A stretch of 15,140 nt of DNA, from contig JAGXNO010000067.1 of assembly GCA_019894975.1 (NCBI GenBank), positions 1-15,140 of the forward strand. Direction: 5' to 3'. Within the stretch, counting starts at the first letter, position 1. Every line of letters starts with the position of its first letter. Position numbers and translations under genes: made by a program. Source of the DNA: Promethearchaeota archaeon. Its GTDB lineage: Archaea > Asgardarchaeota > Lokiarchaeia > Sigyniarchaeales > SOKP01. Positions 1-8,176 of this stretch are shown here, one piece after another. The notes under the pieces were generated by a model. The model saw only the letters and a program-made list of their open reading frames with translations, ran no database searches and was not told where the DNA came from.

Positions 1-1
1 C

Positions 2-382
2 ATTACTATTGCTTTGATGTCTGAAAAAGACCTTCCAATTATCCATAAACGAATAAAGAAATTTACAGAAGCATTTGAAAATCAATTTGGTTTGAAGATA
101 AAAAAATGGACTGGAGAAACAACTATGTTCAAAGAAGCAGATACAATTGTAAGCAAATACTTCCCTATTGATGTAGAAGAACAAATCGTTCGTGGCGTTA
201 GAGGAAAACTAATAGAATTCAGGAACAGATTGGAAACCATGATACAGCCAAGAGAAATTATCTCCTTAATGCGAGAGATCACCGAATTTATATCTAGATA
301 CAGAGCAATTGTGAATAAAAATTATATTGATTATTATTTCGAAATAATTAAAATTGCTGAAGAAAAGATCTCATCAGCCTAA
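2..382 (+). CDS. 5'-truncated CDS: C-terminal part of a probable Asgard longin-like domain protein with a helical tail
   Basis: The frame is open from the window edge (ITIALMSEKD...). A strand-helix pattern ending F..AFENQF...IKKWTGETTMFKEADTIVSKYF resembles the C-terminal 'W/F-x-G-x4-F' helices of Asgard longin-like domains. Two amphipathic helices follow. Stop TAA at 380-382. Confidence 0.55.
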   Translation: MTIALMSEKDLPIIHKRIKKFTEAFENQFGLKIKKWTGETTMFKEADTIVSKYFPIDVEEQIVRGVRGKLIEFRNRLETMIQPREIISLMREITEFISRYRAIVNKNYIDYYFEIIKIAEEKISSA

Positions 383-420
383 TTTAATTTTTATTTTCAT
401 TTTTAGTTTTTGTAAAACAA
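383..420. terminator. Putative T-rich terminator region between convergent genes
   Basis: Several oligo-T tracts follow the stop at 382, ending in GTTTT-TGT-AAAAC (406-418). Confidence 0.35.
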
Positions 421-435
421 GAGAAGAAGAATATT

Positions 436-1692
436 CTATTCATTTTCTTTATTGTTGTCTTCTTCTTCTACTTCACCCTCTTCCAGATCATTTGTAAAAT
501 TAAAGGGTGGAAATTTCCTTCTTCTGGAAAAAAGATCTTTTAACCTTAGCTTTAACTCATTAAAAGGTTTTAAATTTCCCGAAAATGGAGTTTTTACTAC
601 GTTCTCGACTTCAGGATTAATTAATTCTTCTTCAATTATGTCAATGTTTCCTAAATTTCCTTCAGATAATAATGAGAGATAGTAATCATTCACATATTTT
701 CGAAAGGTTAAAAAACGATATTTTTGGAATCCTAATTTTACTGCAATCCATCGAGGGACAGCGCCAGTATTTCCTTGAGTATTTGCTGCAATCGCTTCTA
801 TTCTAGCGGTTAGCATAGACTCTTTCATTTCTTTCTCTTCTTCAGGGCTATCTACTTCCATCTGCAACTCAACATTTAATTCCTCTCCTATCAGTAATGA
901 TATTACCCCAATTGACATAGATGAAAGACCTAAATAATCTATGCGAATGGAGTCTTCAACATAAGGAATTACTTTATCTGAAAAGAACTCTTGCAATTTG
1001 AGGTATTCCATCAAAATAAAATTCGTTCGTTTTTTAAATTCAAGTTCTATTTGATATTTCTCAAATTTGGGTAGATTGTTTACATCTTTACCTCGTACTA
1101 ATTCAGAGTAATTATTTGACATTTGTTCAAGTAGCCACTTACCCTTTTTATCTGGAAACTTGCCATAAACCAGATATATTATCTCATCTTTAACAAAAAA
1201 TTGACATTTTTCCTCAGTATTTTTTTCTTCGGAAACCAGCAGCATTTTATCAAGTTCACCTCCTAAAATGCCAGTTGCTATGAAATCTAAATTATTTGTC
1301 AATTCTAATAAATAAGTATAATTTTTATTACTACAATATAATTCCGTTCTATCCGTTGATGTAATTCCCAGTAGTTTTATATATTCTAAGGGAGAATCGT
1401 CCTTAGATAACTTAATTTCATTGCTTTCCAATGAAAAAGACATAGGTGGTTCTTTTACTTTTACCTTCCCTCTCAATTTTGATGATAAAGTTGTAGTTTT
1501 GGTTTCAAATTGTTTAGGCTGAAGCTTTTCTTTCTCTTCGGAACTCAGATCATGTAAAATAGCTAAGAATTTGCTACATTTAGGACAGAGTTTGTCTTTA
1601 GGGAAAGGTTTTGTAATAATATATCCACAAAATGGACATTTAATCGTATTTTTCGGCGTATCTGAAGGAAATAAAGATTTAGGAATTTTTAT
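436..1692 (-). CDS. Hypothetical protein: N-terminal C4 zinc ribbon, two putative longin-like domains and an acidic tail (start codon uncertain; ORF track begins at TTG 1476)
   Basis: Manual translation shows no stop from 1477 to 1707 (TAA at 1710-1708). The extension reads (I)KIPKSLFPSDTPKNTIKCPFCGYIITKPFPKDKLCPKCSKFLAILHDLSSEEKEKLQPKQFETKTTTLSSK. Downstream are two alpha/beta blocks, the second ending PFSGNLKPFNELKLRLKDLF, then the tail DLEEGEVEEEDNNKENE. The CDS itself is well supported; the domain call and start are less so. Confidence 0.6.
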   Translation of the reverse strand: MKIPKSLFPSDTPKNTIKCPFCGYIITKPFPKDKLCPKCSKFLAILHDLSSEEKEKLQPKQFETKTTTLSSKLRGKVKVKEPPMSFSLESNEIKLSKDDSPLEYIKLLGITSTDRTELYCSNKNYTYLLELTNNLDFIATGILGGELDKMLLVSEEKNTEEKCQFFVKDEIIYLVYGKFPDKKGKWLLEQMSNNYSELVRGKDVNNLPKFEKYQIELEFKKRTNFILMEYLKLQEFFSDKVIPYVEDSIRIDYLGLSSMSIGVISLLIGEELNVELQMEVDSPEEEKEMKESMLTARIEAIAANTQGNTGAVPRWIAVKLGFQKYRFLTFRKYVNDYYLSLLSEGNLGNIDIIEEELINPEVENVVKTPFSGNLKPFNELKLRLKDLFSRRRKFPPFNFTNDLEEGEVEEEDNNKENE

Positions 1693-1695
1693 CGA

Positions 1696-1752
1696 CTCTC
1701 CTAAAATTTAGTCAATTATTACAATTATTAGGTTAAAATTATATATTTTTTT
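1696..1752 (-). promoter_or_regulatory. Putative BRE/TATA element and SD-like sequence upstream of the zinc ribbon gene
   Basis: The minus strand reads AAAAAAA (1752-1746), TATATAAT (1745-1738), then AGGAGAG (1702-1696) just before the in-frame ATA at 1692-1690. AT-rich background lowers certainty. Confidence 0.4.
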
Positions 1753-1764
1753 GCTTTTTGGCAG

Positions 1765-2850
1765 TTATAAGTATTTATCAGCTATTTTCTGAAATGCTTC
1801 AATAAATTTATTGTTATCTTCTTCCATCCCAATAGTAACCCGAATATAGTTATAAAGTCCTGGCTTGCTAAAGTGCCTAACCAGAATTTTCATCTCTTTC
1901 AAATCCCAAACAAATTGGAGAGTTTTAGACTTATCTTCAAATTTAATGAAGATAAAATTTGAATCAGATGGTAAAACACTGATACCTTCAAATTTATTTA
2001 AGATTTCTGTTAATCTATCTCTCTCCTCAATAATTTTTTTGTTTCTTTCGAAAATTTTATTGCTGTGCTTAATACATGACAAAGCGGCTATTTGGCCTAA
2101 ATAATTTGTATTATATGGTAATTTTACCCTATTCATCTCTTTAATAATCTCTGGATCTGCCAAAGCATAACCCATTCTCAAGGATGCTAGTGAAAAACTT
2201 TTTGAGAATGATCGATTTACAATTAGATTCTTTACTTTTTTTAAAAGTGAAAGACATGTTAGATTAGAAAAATCGGCATAAGCCTCATCAACAAGTACTA
2301 TACCAGGAAAACTTTCACATAATTTCAAAATTGTTTCATTATCAACTGATTTCCCATTAGGATTGTTAGGTGAGTTAATAAACATTAATTTGCCTTTTGC
2401 ATTAAATGCGCTATCTGGAATAGAGAAATCATCCGTTAATTGGATCTCTGTGATTTTAGCATTATATAGAGTTCCCAATACTTTGTAAAATCCATAAGTT
2501 GGATAAAAAATTACAACCTCGTCTCCAGGATCTATAAATATTTTAAAAATAACGTCTAATACTTCATCAGAACCATTTCCTATGAAGATTGAATTTCTAT
2601 TAGTTAAAGTATCTTTATCTCGAAGTAAGACATTTAGAATTTCTTTCCGTAATTCAAAGGAAGTAGGATCTGGATAGAGTCTGAGCTTTTCGTTAATCGC
2701 GCTCTTTATATCCTTTAATATTTCAGGAATTGGTGGAAAAGGATTTTCATTGGTATTTAATTTAAGCCAGCCATCTTCTGTAGGTTGTTCACCCGGTTCA
2801 TATGCGGAGTATTTTCTTAGGCTTTTTCGCAGTAATTCATTTAATTCCAT
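1765..2850 (-). CDS. hisC: Histidinol-phosphate aminotransferase
   Basis: Motifs KLNTNENPF, LRLYPD, GNGSDE, SPNNPNG, VDEAY, PLP-lysine motif RSFSKSFSLASLRMGY and YIRVTIG; adjacent to hisD and hisG. Confidence 0.95.
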   Translation of the reverse strand: MELNELLRKSLRKYSAYEPGEQPTEDGWLKLNTNENPFPPIPEILKDIKSAINEKLRLYPDPTSFELRKEILNVLLRDKDTLTNRNSIFIGNGSDEVLDVIFKIFIDPGDEVVIFYPTYGFYKVLGTLYNAKITEIQLTDDFSIPDSAFNAKGKLMFINSPNNPNGKSVDNETILKLCESFPGIVLVDEAYADFSNLTCLSLLKKVKNLIVNRSFSKSFSLASLRMGYALADPEIIKEMNRVKLPYNTNYLGQIAALSCIKHSNKIFERNKKIIEERDRLTEILNKFEGISVLPSDSNFIFIKFEDKSKTLQFVWDLKEMKILVRHFSKPGLYNYIRVTIGMEEDNNKFIEAFQKIADKYL

Positions 2851-2936
2851 TTATCTAACCTTTTATTATTTTAAATCTAGGGTTTACGATTGATTTTCTT
2901 ATAAAACCAATAATTTATGTATTTGCTTAATTAAAT

Positions 2937-4241
2937 TTAATCTTTATCTTTTAATCTTTCTTCGATGGATCTTTTATGGCCATATAATCCCTCAAATTCT
3001 GCTAATTTAATTGCTGTTTTACTGAGGTTTTTTAAACCTTCTTTATCGCAATTCAACACATCAATAGTTTTTAAAAAATCAAACAAGTTTAAACCTGAAT
3101 ATTTTTTAGCAGTCCCTCCTGTTGGTAGAATATGATTTGTTCCAGCGCAGTAGTCTCCTAAAGGTATAGGAGAATAAGGTCCTAAGAATATAGACCCCGC
3201 ATTCTTTATATCTTTAACTAGCACAGTGGGATTTTCGACTAAAATTTCTAGATGCTCTGGGGCGATTAAATTAGAAATTCTCACACAATCTTCTAAATTT
3301 TCTGCTTTAATTATTATTGAGTTATTATGCAGTGCCTGTTCTACAATAGTGTTCCTTTTTGAATCTTTAACGTACTTTTCAATAGAGCTTATAATTTGAT
3401 TGATTAAATTTTCTGAATCAGATACGATGATTCCAACATTATCAGGATCATGTTCAATTTGAGAGATGAAATCAACGATGACATAATTAGGATTTGCAAA
3501 TTCATCTGCAATAATTAATACCTCTGAAGGTCCAGCAGGGGCATCTATAGCAATAACATTTGAAAGAAGTTGTTTGGCGGTATTTACCCATTTATTTCCA
3601 GGACCTATTACTTTTTGAACTTTTGGAATAGTTTCTGTTCCATATGCCATAGCAGCAATAGCTTGTGCACCACCTACTTTATAGATTTTATCAATTTTAA
3701 ATTCATTAGCAGCAACTAATATCTCGGGTGCAATTTTTCTATTTTTTTGGGGTGGTGAACACATAATAATTTCTTTTATTCCTGCTACATATGCAGGAGC
3801 CGCGATCATCAAGACTGTACTTGGATATATTGCTCTACCACCGGGAATATATATTCCGATTGTTTCTAACGGGCGATAGACTTGTCCGGCTGTAACTCCT
3901 TTAGCGATTTCAATACTCCAATCTTCTCTTTTCTGAGCCTTATTAAATTTAACGAGGTTCTCCTTTGCTTTATGTATTGCTTGTAAAAGGCTCGTATCTA
4001 TTTTTTTATAGGCTTGAGAAATTTCTTCTTTTGATATTTGTATTTCATTACTGGCTAATTTTACTCCATCATATTTTTGAGTTAAATTAATTAAAGCCTT
4101 GTCTCCCCTTTCTTTAACCTTTTGAATAATATTGTTTACAGATTTTCTGATTGAATCTAATTGAGCTTCACTCCGAGGAATATAACGATGTAAACTTTCT
4201 TCATTCAACTCATCAGAATTAACAATTTTTAGAGGATTCAT
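2937..4241 (-). CDS. hisD: Histidinol dehydrogenase
   Basis: Motifs GIYIPGGRAIYPSTVLM, GGAQAIAAMAYGT, GPGNKWV, AGPSE, SQIEHD, APEHLE, GDYCAGTNHILPT; 434 aa. Confidence 0.97.
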   Translation of the reverse strand: MNPLKIVNSDELNEESLHRYIPRSEAQLDSIRKSVNNIIQKVKERGDKALINLTQKYDGVKLASNEIQISKEEISQAYKKIDTSLLQAIHKAKENLVKFNKAQKREDWSIEIAKGVTAGQVYRPLETIGIYIPGGRAIYPSTVLMIAAPAYVAGIKEIIMCSPPQKNRKIAPEILVAANEFKIDKIYKVGGAQAIAAMAYGTETIPKVQKVIGPGNKWVNTAKQLLSNVIAIDAPAGPSEVLIIADEFANPNYVIVDFISQIEHDPDNVGIIVSDSENLINQIISSIEKYVKDSKRNTIVEQALHNNSIIIKAENLEDCVRISNLIAPEHLEILVENPTVLVKDIKNAGSIFLGPYSPIPLGDYCAGTNHILPTGGTAKKYSGLNLFDFLKTIDVLNCDKEGLKNLSKTAIKLAEFEGLYGHKRSIEERLKDKD

Positions 4242-4255
4242 TTTAATCAGAACAA

Positions 4256-5236
4256 TTATTGTAGCTCTTCAAGAGGTAAGATTTGACGAGGTTCGTGAAC
4301 AACTAAGCCTTGAGCGTATTTTCTTAATACTGGAATCAAACCTAAAAATTCTTCTTTCTTAATTATCGTATTAATCGCATACCATCCATCAGTTCCAGCC
4401 AATTTTGAGACTGTAGGACGTTTTAACGCAGGAAGTTTTAGAATAACTTCATTTAATTTATCTTCTTTCACATTCATGAAAATATGAAGCTTTTTTTTAG
4501 CTTCTATAACACCTTTTAACAATACAAGAATATCTTTTATTTTTTCCTTCTTCCACTCGTCTTTTAATGCGTTTTTATTGGCAATTAAAACTGCGGTGGA
4601 TGTATCGATAATTTCTATAATTTTTAAATTATTCGCTTTAATTGTTGTACCCGTCGAAGTGTTATCTATTATTACATCTACTTCTTCAGGAGGTTTAGCT
4701 TCTGTAGCACCAAATGAGAGGAAGATTTTAACATTTTCATTTTCCCCCCAAGTTTTCCATGGAGTAATGACTAAAGGAGCAATATCCCCATAAAGATCTT
4801 TGTAAGTCTTATTTTCAATTAAATAATTCACCGATAACGTTAGATACTCCGTGGATATCCTTAATGCTTTTTTATTATCTGCAAATTTTCTGAGAATATC
4901 ATCTAAGCTTAAGATATTTTCCCAATTATTTGGGACACAAAGAACTATTGAAACAGCCCCAATCTCCAAATCTAATAAAACTTCAACTTCAGCTTTAGTT
5001 TCCTTAACCCAATCTATTCCCGAAATACCTAAATCAAATTGGTCTTCCCCAATTAGATAATTTGGAATTTCTTGTGGTCTTAATAATTTAATATAAATTT
5101 CTGGATCTCCCACAGAAGGACGATAATCTCTTTTTGAGACTGACTTTAGTTTTAGGCCCGCTCTTTCGAAGAAAAGAGTAATATCTTCTTGTAGGCTTCC
5201 TTTTGGAATTGTTAGTTTTAACACTTTTTCACTCAT
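4256..5236 (-). CDS. hisG: ATP phosphoribosyltransferase, long form with C-terminal regulatory domain
   Basis: Motifs IPKGSL, RPQEIP, DLGISGIDW, SFGATEAKPP, IIDNTSTGTTIKANNL; C-terminal domain MNV...LPALKRPTVSKL...WYAINTII. Ends 14 nt before the hisD start. Confidence 0.95.
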   Translation of the reverse strand: MSEKVLKLTIPKGSLQEDITLFFERAGLKLKSVSKRDYRPSVGDPEIYIKLLRPQEIPNYLIGEDQFDLGISGIDWVKETKAEVEVLLDLEIGAVSIVLCVPNNWENILSLDDILRKFADNKKALRISTEYLTLSVNYLIENKTYKDLYGDIAPLVITPWKTWGENENVKIFLSFGATEAKPPEEVDVIIDNTSTGTTIKANNLKIIEIIDTSTAVLIANKNALKDEWKKEKIKDILVLLKGVIEAKKKLHIFMNVKEDKLNEVILKLPALKRPTVSKLAGTDGWYAINTIIKKEEFLGLIPVLRKYAQGLVVHEPRQILPLEELQ

Positions 5237-5257
5237 TACAAATCAATAAACATTGTA

Positions 5258-5306
5258 AATTTAAGAATTTAATGATTCAAGTTATCATATTTTTAATTCT
5301 TAAATT
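5258..5306. repeat. 12-bp perfect inverted repeat with an inner 5-bp stem, upstream of hisG
   Basis: AATTTAAGAATT (5258-5269) pairs with AATTCTTAAATT (5295-5306). Inner ATGAT (5272-5276) pairs with ATCAT (5284-5288). Confidence 0.6.
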
Positions 5307-5422
5307 ACCAGAATTAGCTGTAGAAGAAATTTTTAAGCGATGATTTTTTGAAGTATAATTTCGAAAACTGAATTTTTAAATTTATTAACACTATTTTATT
5401 TATAGCATATATATCGTGAATA

Positions 5423-5430
5423 TTATAAAA
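5423..5430 (+). promoter_or_regulatory. Putative TATA box for the gelsolin-like gene (possibly a leaderless transcript)
   Basis: TTATAAAA ends 21 nt before ATG 5452, typical archaeal TATA-to-start spacing. The region is very AT-rich. Confidence 0.3.
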
Positions 5431-5451
5431 AATAACTAAGGATGTTAATTA

Positions 5452-6306
5452 ATGACAGATTTTGCTCTTATGTTCAACGCAAGACCCGGTGGGGAAATTT
5501 TTCCAGTTAAATGGGGTAAAGATAATTTCGTACCAGATACTTCAATAATAGTATTAGATGAAGGATCGGAATCAATTTATTTATGGCATGGAGTTCAGCA
5601 AGGATTAGTTGCTCGAAGAACAGCTCTAAGACAAGCTGAATCTTTGAAGGGCCACGGTTATACTGTTGGTAAAAGTATTATTGGACGCGATCTCAAGTCT
5701 TTAAAAGAAATAGATGCAAGAAAAGTAGGGAAAGTTCCGGAAGATACTCAGATGAATGAAGAAATGCAGGGTTTATTAGATAGAAAACGTACAGAGTTAG
5801 ATAATTTTATCGTTACCTTTCAAGAGGGTGCAGTCAAACCTGTTTCATTAGCACCGAAAGTGAAAGAAGCACCTAAGGTTGAGACTAAACCCGTACCAAA
5901 ACCTGTGGCAGCTAAACCATCACCCGCGCCTGTAACACCAAAGCCAACACCAACACAGATAAAATCAACTGATACTGCTTCTGAATATAATGATACGGGC
6001 CCTTTACCTTCAATAAAAACCGACCCAACGCCAGTCCCAACTGCACTAGTCTCAAAAACAAATTTAACCACGAATGCAAAAATATCATTTGTATTCAGTG
6101 CTATATTAGAACATTTTGATGATATTTGGATTTCAAAGAAGAAAGATGGGAGTTATTCTGTTGAAGAAATGGATGGTCCAATATGCAGTTTTTCTTTAAT
6201 GGAGGGTAGTAAAATAAATTTTTCTTCACAATCTTTTAGTAGAGTAGATCCTAAGGTGAAAACAGCAATTCAAAAGAAGTTCATTGAGCTTTCAAAACTA
6301 ATATAA
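5452..6306 (+). CDS. Gelsolin-homology domain protein: single gelsolin-like domain, Pro/Thr/Lys-rich linker and a small C-terminal alpha/beta domain
   Basis: FVPDTSIIVLDEGSESIYLWHGVQQGLVARRTALRQAESL matches the gelsolin core pattern (D-hydrophobic-LD...IY-x-W-x-G...R..A...A..L). There are 17 Pro in residues 130-196. Confidence 0.75.
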   Translation: MTDFALMFNARPGGEIFPVKWGKDNFVPDTSIIVLDEGSESIYLWHGVQQGLVARRTALRQAESLKGHGYTVGKSIIGRDLKSLKEIDARKVGKVPEDTQMNEEMQGLLDRKRTELDNFIVTFQEGAVKPVSLAPKVKEAPKVETKPVPKPVAAKPSPAPVTPKPTPTQIKSTDTASEYNDTGPLPSIKTDPTPVPTALVSKTNLTTNAKISFVFSAILEHFDDIWISKKKDGSYSVEEMDGPICSFSLMEGSKINFSSQSFSRVDPKVKTAIQKKFIELSKLI

Positions 6307-6418
6307 AAAAATTTGAACACTCATAACTATTATAATTTTTATTATATTCTTTTTTATTTATTATTAGGTTTTAGATGAAAATTGAATCTTGATTTTAAAA
6401 GATGTTCAAACATTAACA

Positions 6419-8176
6419 ATGAAATTCAATATTTTAGCCCAGTTATTTTCTGACCTAGAAGATACTACAAAAAGACTTGAAATGATAGATATTTTATCAA
6501 GTTTTTTTGAATCATTAAGAAATAAAGCAGATTTCAATGATTTAGATAAAATTATATATCTTTTACAAGGACAATTAGTTCCTAACATAAGACAATTCCC
6601 CAAGATGGGAATAGCTGAGAAGATGATTATTGAAGCTTTATCGGTACATTCTGGAATAGAGGGAAAAAGAATTAAGGAAGTACTTCGGAAGCAGGGAGAT
6701 ATTGGAGCGGCAGCAGAATTAATTCTATCAAAAAAGAAGAAACAGACATCTCTTTTTGATTATAACCAAAACGATGAAATATCAAAATCATCTCTTGAGA
6801 TTTCGGAATTATATTCTGAATTAAAGAAGATCGCTTTAACTGAAGGCTCAGGATCACATGATATAAAGTTAGGGATATTAAGAGGATTGATGAGGAAGAG
6901 TTCACCATTAGAAACTAAATATTTGTTAAGGATTATTACCTCTACATTAAGAGTAGGTGTTCAGGAAGCGACCATAATTGAAGGATTAGCTTTAGCATTC
7001 ACAGGGATGAGAGAGAATAAAAATATAATTGAAAAAGCATATAGATTATATCCTGATCTGGGTGAAATTTCAATAATATTAGCAGAACAAGGTTTAGATA
7101 AAGTTAAAAAAATAGATATTAAATATGGTACACCCATCCTAAGTATGCTTGCTTCACGAGAAATATATACCGAATTTATAAATAGGTTAGGCGTCCCTTT
7201 TGTCGCTGAAAATAAACTGGATGGGGAAAGACTCCAAATTCATAAACAAGGTGATCTTGTAACATTATTTTCCCGACGTTTACTGGATATTTCAGAACAA
7301 TATCCCGACGTCTGTGAAGTAGTAAGAGAAAATATTTTAACTCAAAATGTTATTTTTGAGGGAGAAGTTGTTGCGATGGATCATTTTTATGAAAAGATGC
7401 GCCCATTTCAAGTATTAAGCCAAAGAAGAAGAAAGTATGATGTTGAAGATATCTTAAAAGAAGTACCCGTATGTTTATTTGTTTTTGATCTTCTAAAATT
7501 GGGGGATATATCTTATGTAGATATACCTTTTTCAGACCGTAGAAGAAAACTTGAAGAAATAGTAAAAGAAAGAGATGAAATAAGGTTAGTGAAATCAGTT
7601 TTGATAAATAAAACTGATGAGTTGCTTGATTTCTTTAATAAAGCTAGAAATGAAGGATTTGAGGGAATTATGGCAAAATCTATTAAAGATGATTCTGTTT
7701 ATCAAGCGGGAAATCGTGGATATAAATGGTTAAAATTAAAAAGCTTAGAAGGAGGAAAATTAAAAGATACTATTGATGTGGTTGTAGTAGGGGCTTTTTA
7801 TGGGAAAGGTCGTAGAACTGGTTTATTGGGAACTTATATCGGGGCAGTATACGATCCTGAGAGTGATAATTATATAGCATTCACTCGTTTTTTTTCAGGG
7901 ATAGATGATGAACTATCAGAAGCACTTACGAAAGACATGGAAGATTTTACGCTTGATAAAAAGCCAAAAAATGTAATCTGTGAGGATAAACCGGATATCT
8001 GGTTAACTCCAAGAGTAGTTATTGAAATAACTGGGGATGAGATAACTATAAGTGAAAAATTCATCACATTAGGATTTTCAATGAGGTTTCCCGTTTTTCT
8101 GAGATTACGTCCTGAAAAAGGTCTAAAAGATATTACTACAGTAAGAGAGATTCACGAATTGTATGAAACTCAGTGA
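6419..8176 (+). CDS. lig: ATP-dependent DNA ligase (archaeal/LigI type)
   Basis: Motif I ENKLDGER, III FEGEVVA, IIIa FVFDLL, IV EGIMAK, V WLKLK, VI MRFPVFLRLRPEK, plus an N-terminal DNA-binding domain. ATG 6419 (MKFNILA) preferred over TTG 6389. Confidence 0.96.
   Translation: MKFNILAQLFSDLEDTTKRLEMIDILSSFFESLRNKADFNDLDKIIYLLQGQLVPNIRQFPKMGIAEKMIIEALSVHSGIEGKRIKEVLRKQGDIGAAAELILSKKKKQTSLFDYNQNDEISKSSLEISELYSELKKIALTEGSGSHDIKLGILRGLMRKSSPLETKYLLRIITSTLRVGVQEATIIEGLALAFTGMRENKNIIEKAYRLYPDLGEISIILAEQGLDKVKKIDIKYGTPILSMLASREIYTEFINRLGVPFVAENKLDGERLQIHKQGDLVTLFSRRLLDISEQYPDVCEVVRENILTQNVIFEGEVVAMDHFYEKMRPFQVLSQRRRKYDVEDILKEVPVCLFVFDLLKLGDISYVDIPFSDRRRKLEEIVKERDEIRLVKSVLINKTDELLDFFNKARNEGFEGIMAKSIKDDSVYQAGNRGYKWLKLKSLEGGKLKDTIDVVVVGAFYGKGRRTGLLGTYIGAVYDPESDNYIAFTRFFSGIDDELSEALTKDMEDFTLDKKPKNVICEDKPDIWLTPRVVIEITGDEITISEKFITLGFSMRFPVFLRLRPEKGLKDITTVREIHELYETQ

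Noticed and set aside
4700-4920. HisG insertion as an intein or intron
   Set aside because: It is short and in frame, and lacks intein terminal motifs (N-terminal C/S, C-terminal HN).
5237-5451. Histidine attenuator leader peptide upstream of hisG
   Set aside because: No His-codon-rich short ORF is visible on the minus strand.
6389-6418. TTG start giving the ligase a 10-aa extension
   Set aside because: Archaeal ligases typically begin M-x-F-x-x-L/I-A, which matches ATG 6419.
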